64,000 bases of DNA, from contig MGFX01000001.1 of NCBI GenBank assembly GCA_001792115.1, forward strand, positions 5,847-69,846. The letters are read 5' to 3'. Positions 63,884 to 64,000 of this stretch are shown one piece after another (within the stretch, counting starts at the first letter, position 1; each line of letters opens with the position of its first letter). Made by a program: the position numbers and the translations under genes. Origin of the DNA: Candidatus Woesebacteria bacterium RBG_16_42_24. GTDB taxonomy: Bacteria > Patescibacteriota > Microgenomatia > UBA8517. The notes beneath the pieces were generated by a model. That model made no database searches. It was given only the letters and a program-made list of their open reading frames with translations, and was not told where the DNA came from.

Positions 63884-64000
63884 TTTGAGTTTTGAATTTT
63901 GAATTATTGAGATACTACGGTCCCGCTAAAGGTTAACTCCTTAACTCCAGCTGGATCGGAGAAAGTAAGATATATCATTCTGTTAAAGGGCCCAGTTCCT

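Overview
This 64 kb window reads like a small-genome, AT-moderate bacterium (about 40-45% GC). The mix of features suggests a Candidate Phyla Radiation / Patescibacteria-like lineage, but that is an inference only. About 80% of the coding is on the minus strand.

Main contents:
- Exosortase-type surface/polysaccharide locus (7.1-21.2 kb): two CheY-like response regulators, a PAS histidine kinase, a 7TM sensor, a secreted FN3/Ig protein with a cysteine-less TlpA-like domain, a minimal exosortase/archaeosortase-family protein, and a 1946-aa giant protein. The giant protein has transposase-type HTH domains fused to a processive family-2 glycosyltransferase (QRMRW), an extracellular Asp-box and seven Cys-rich repeats, and a VPEK-(TM)-KKKKK tail that resembles PEP-CTERM.
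- A second HTH-GT2 paralog (1-2873) runs off the window start.
- Three 23S-rRNA-IVS-family four-helix-bundle genes sit in small cassettes flanked by inverted short-repeat arrays. A MITE-like copy of one cassette's ends lies in-frame inside the giant gene, and other short-repeat arrays also sit in-frame in CDSs.
- An atypical rRNA locus on the minus strand:
  - 16S, then a 4.7 kb spacer with plus-strand genes including a TraD/HerA-like ATPase.
  - tRNA-Ile(GAT), with a second complete tRNA-Ile nested in its anticodon loop.
  - tRNA-Ala(TGC).
  - 23S carrying a group I intron with a LAGLIDADG endonuclease and an AT-rich IVS.
  - 5S.
- radA carrying a 416-aa intein with a LAGLIDADG endonuclease.
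- A roughly 62% GC two-gene island.
- A sortase with an adjacent candidate substrate.
- A tRNA Glu/Lys/Gln cluster with GIY-YIG genes.
- A thioredoxin/TrxB/DsbA/CopA redox-metal operon with an unlisted 36-aa metal-binding ORF.
- Genes for rho, an M23/LysM peptidase, an S1-domain protein, glycosyltransferases and a Tat-secreted glycosidase.

All coordinates for RNA genes and repeats are approximate to within a few nucleotides.
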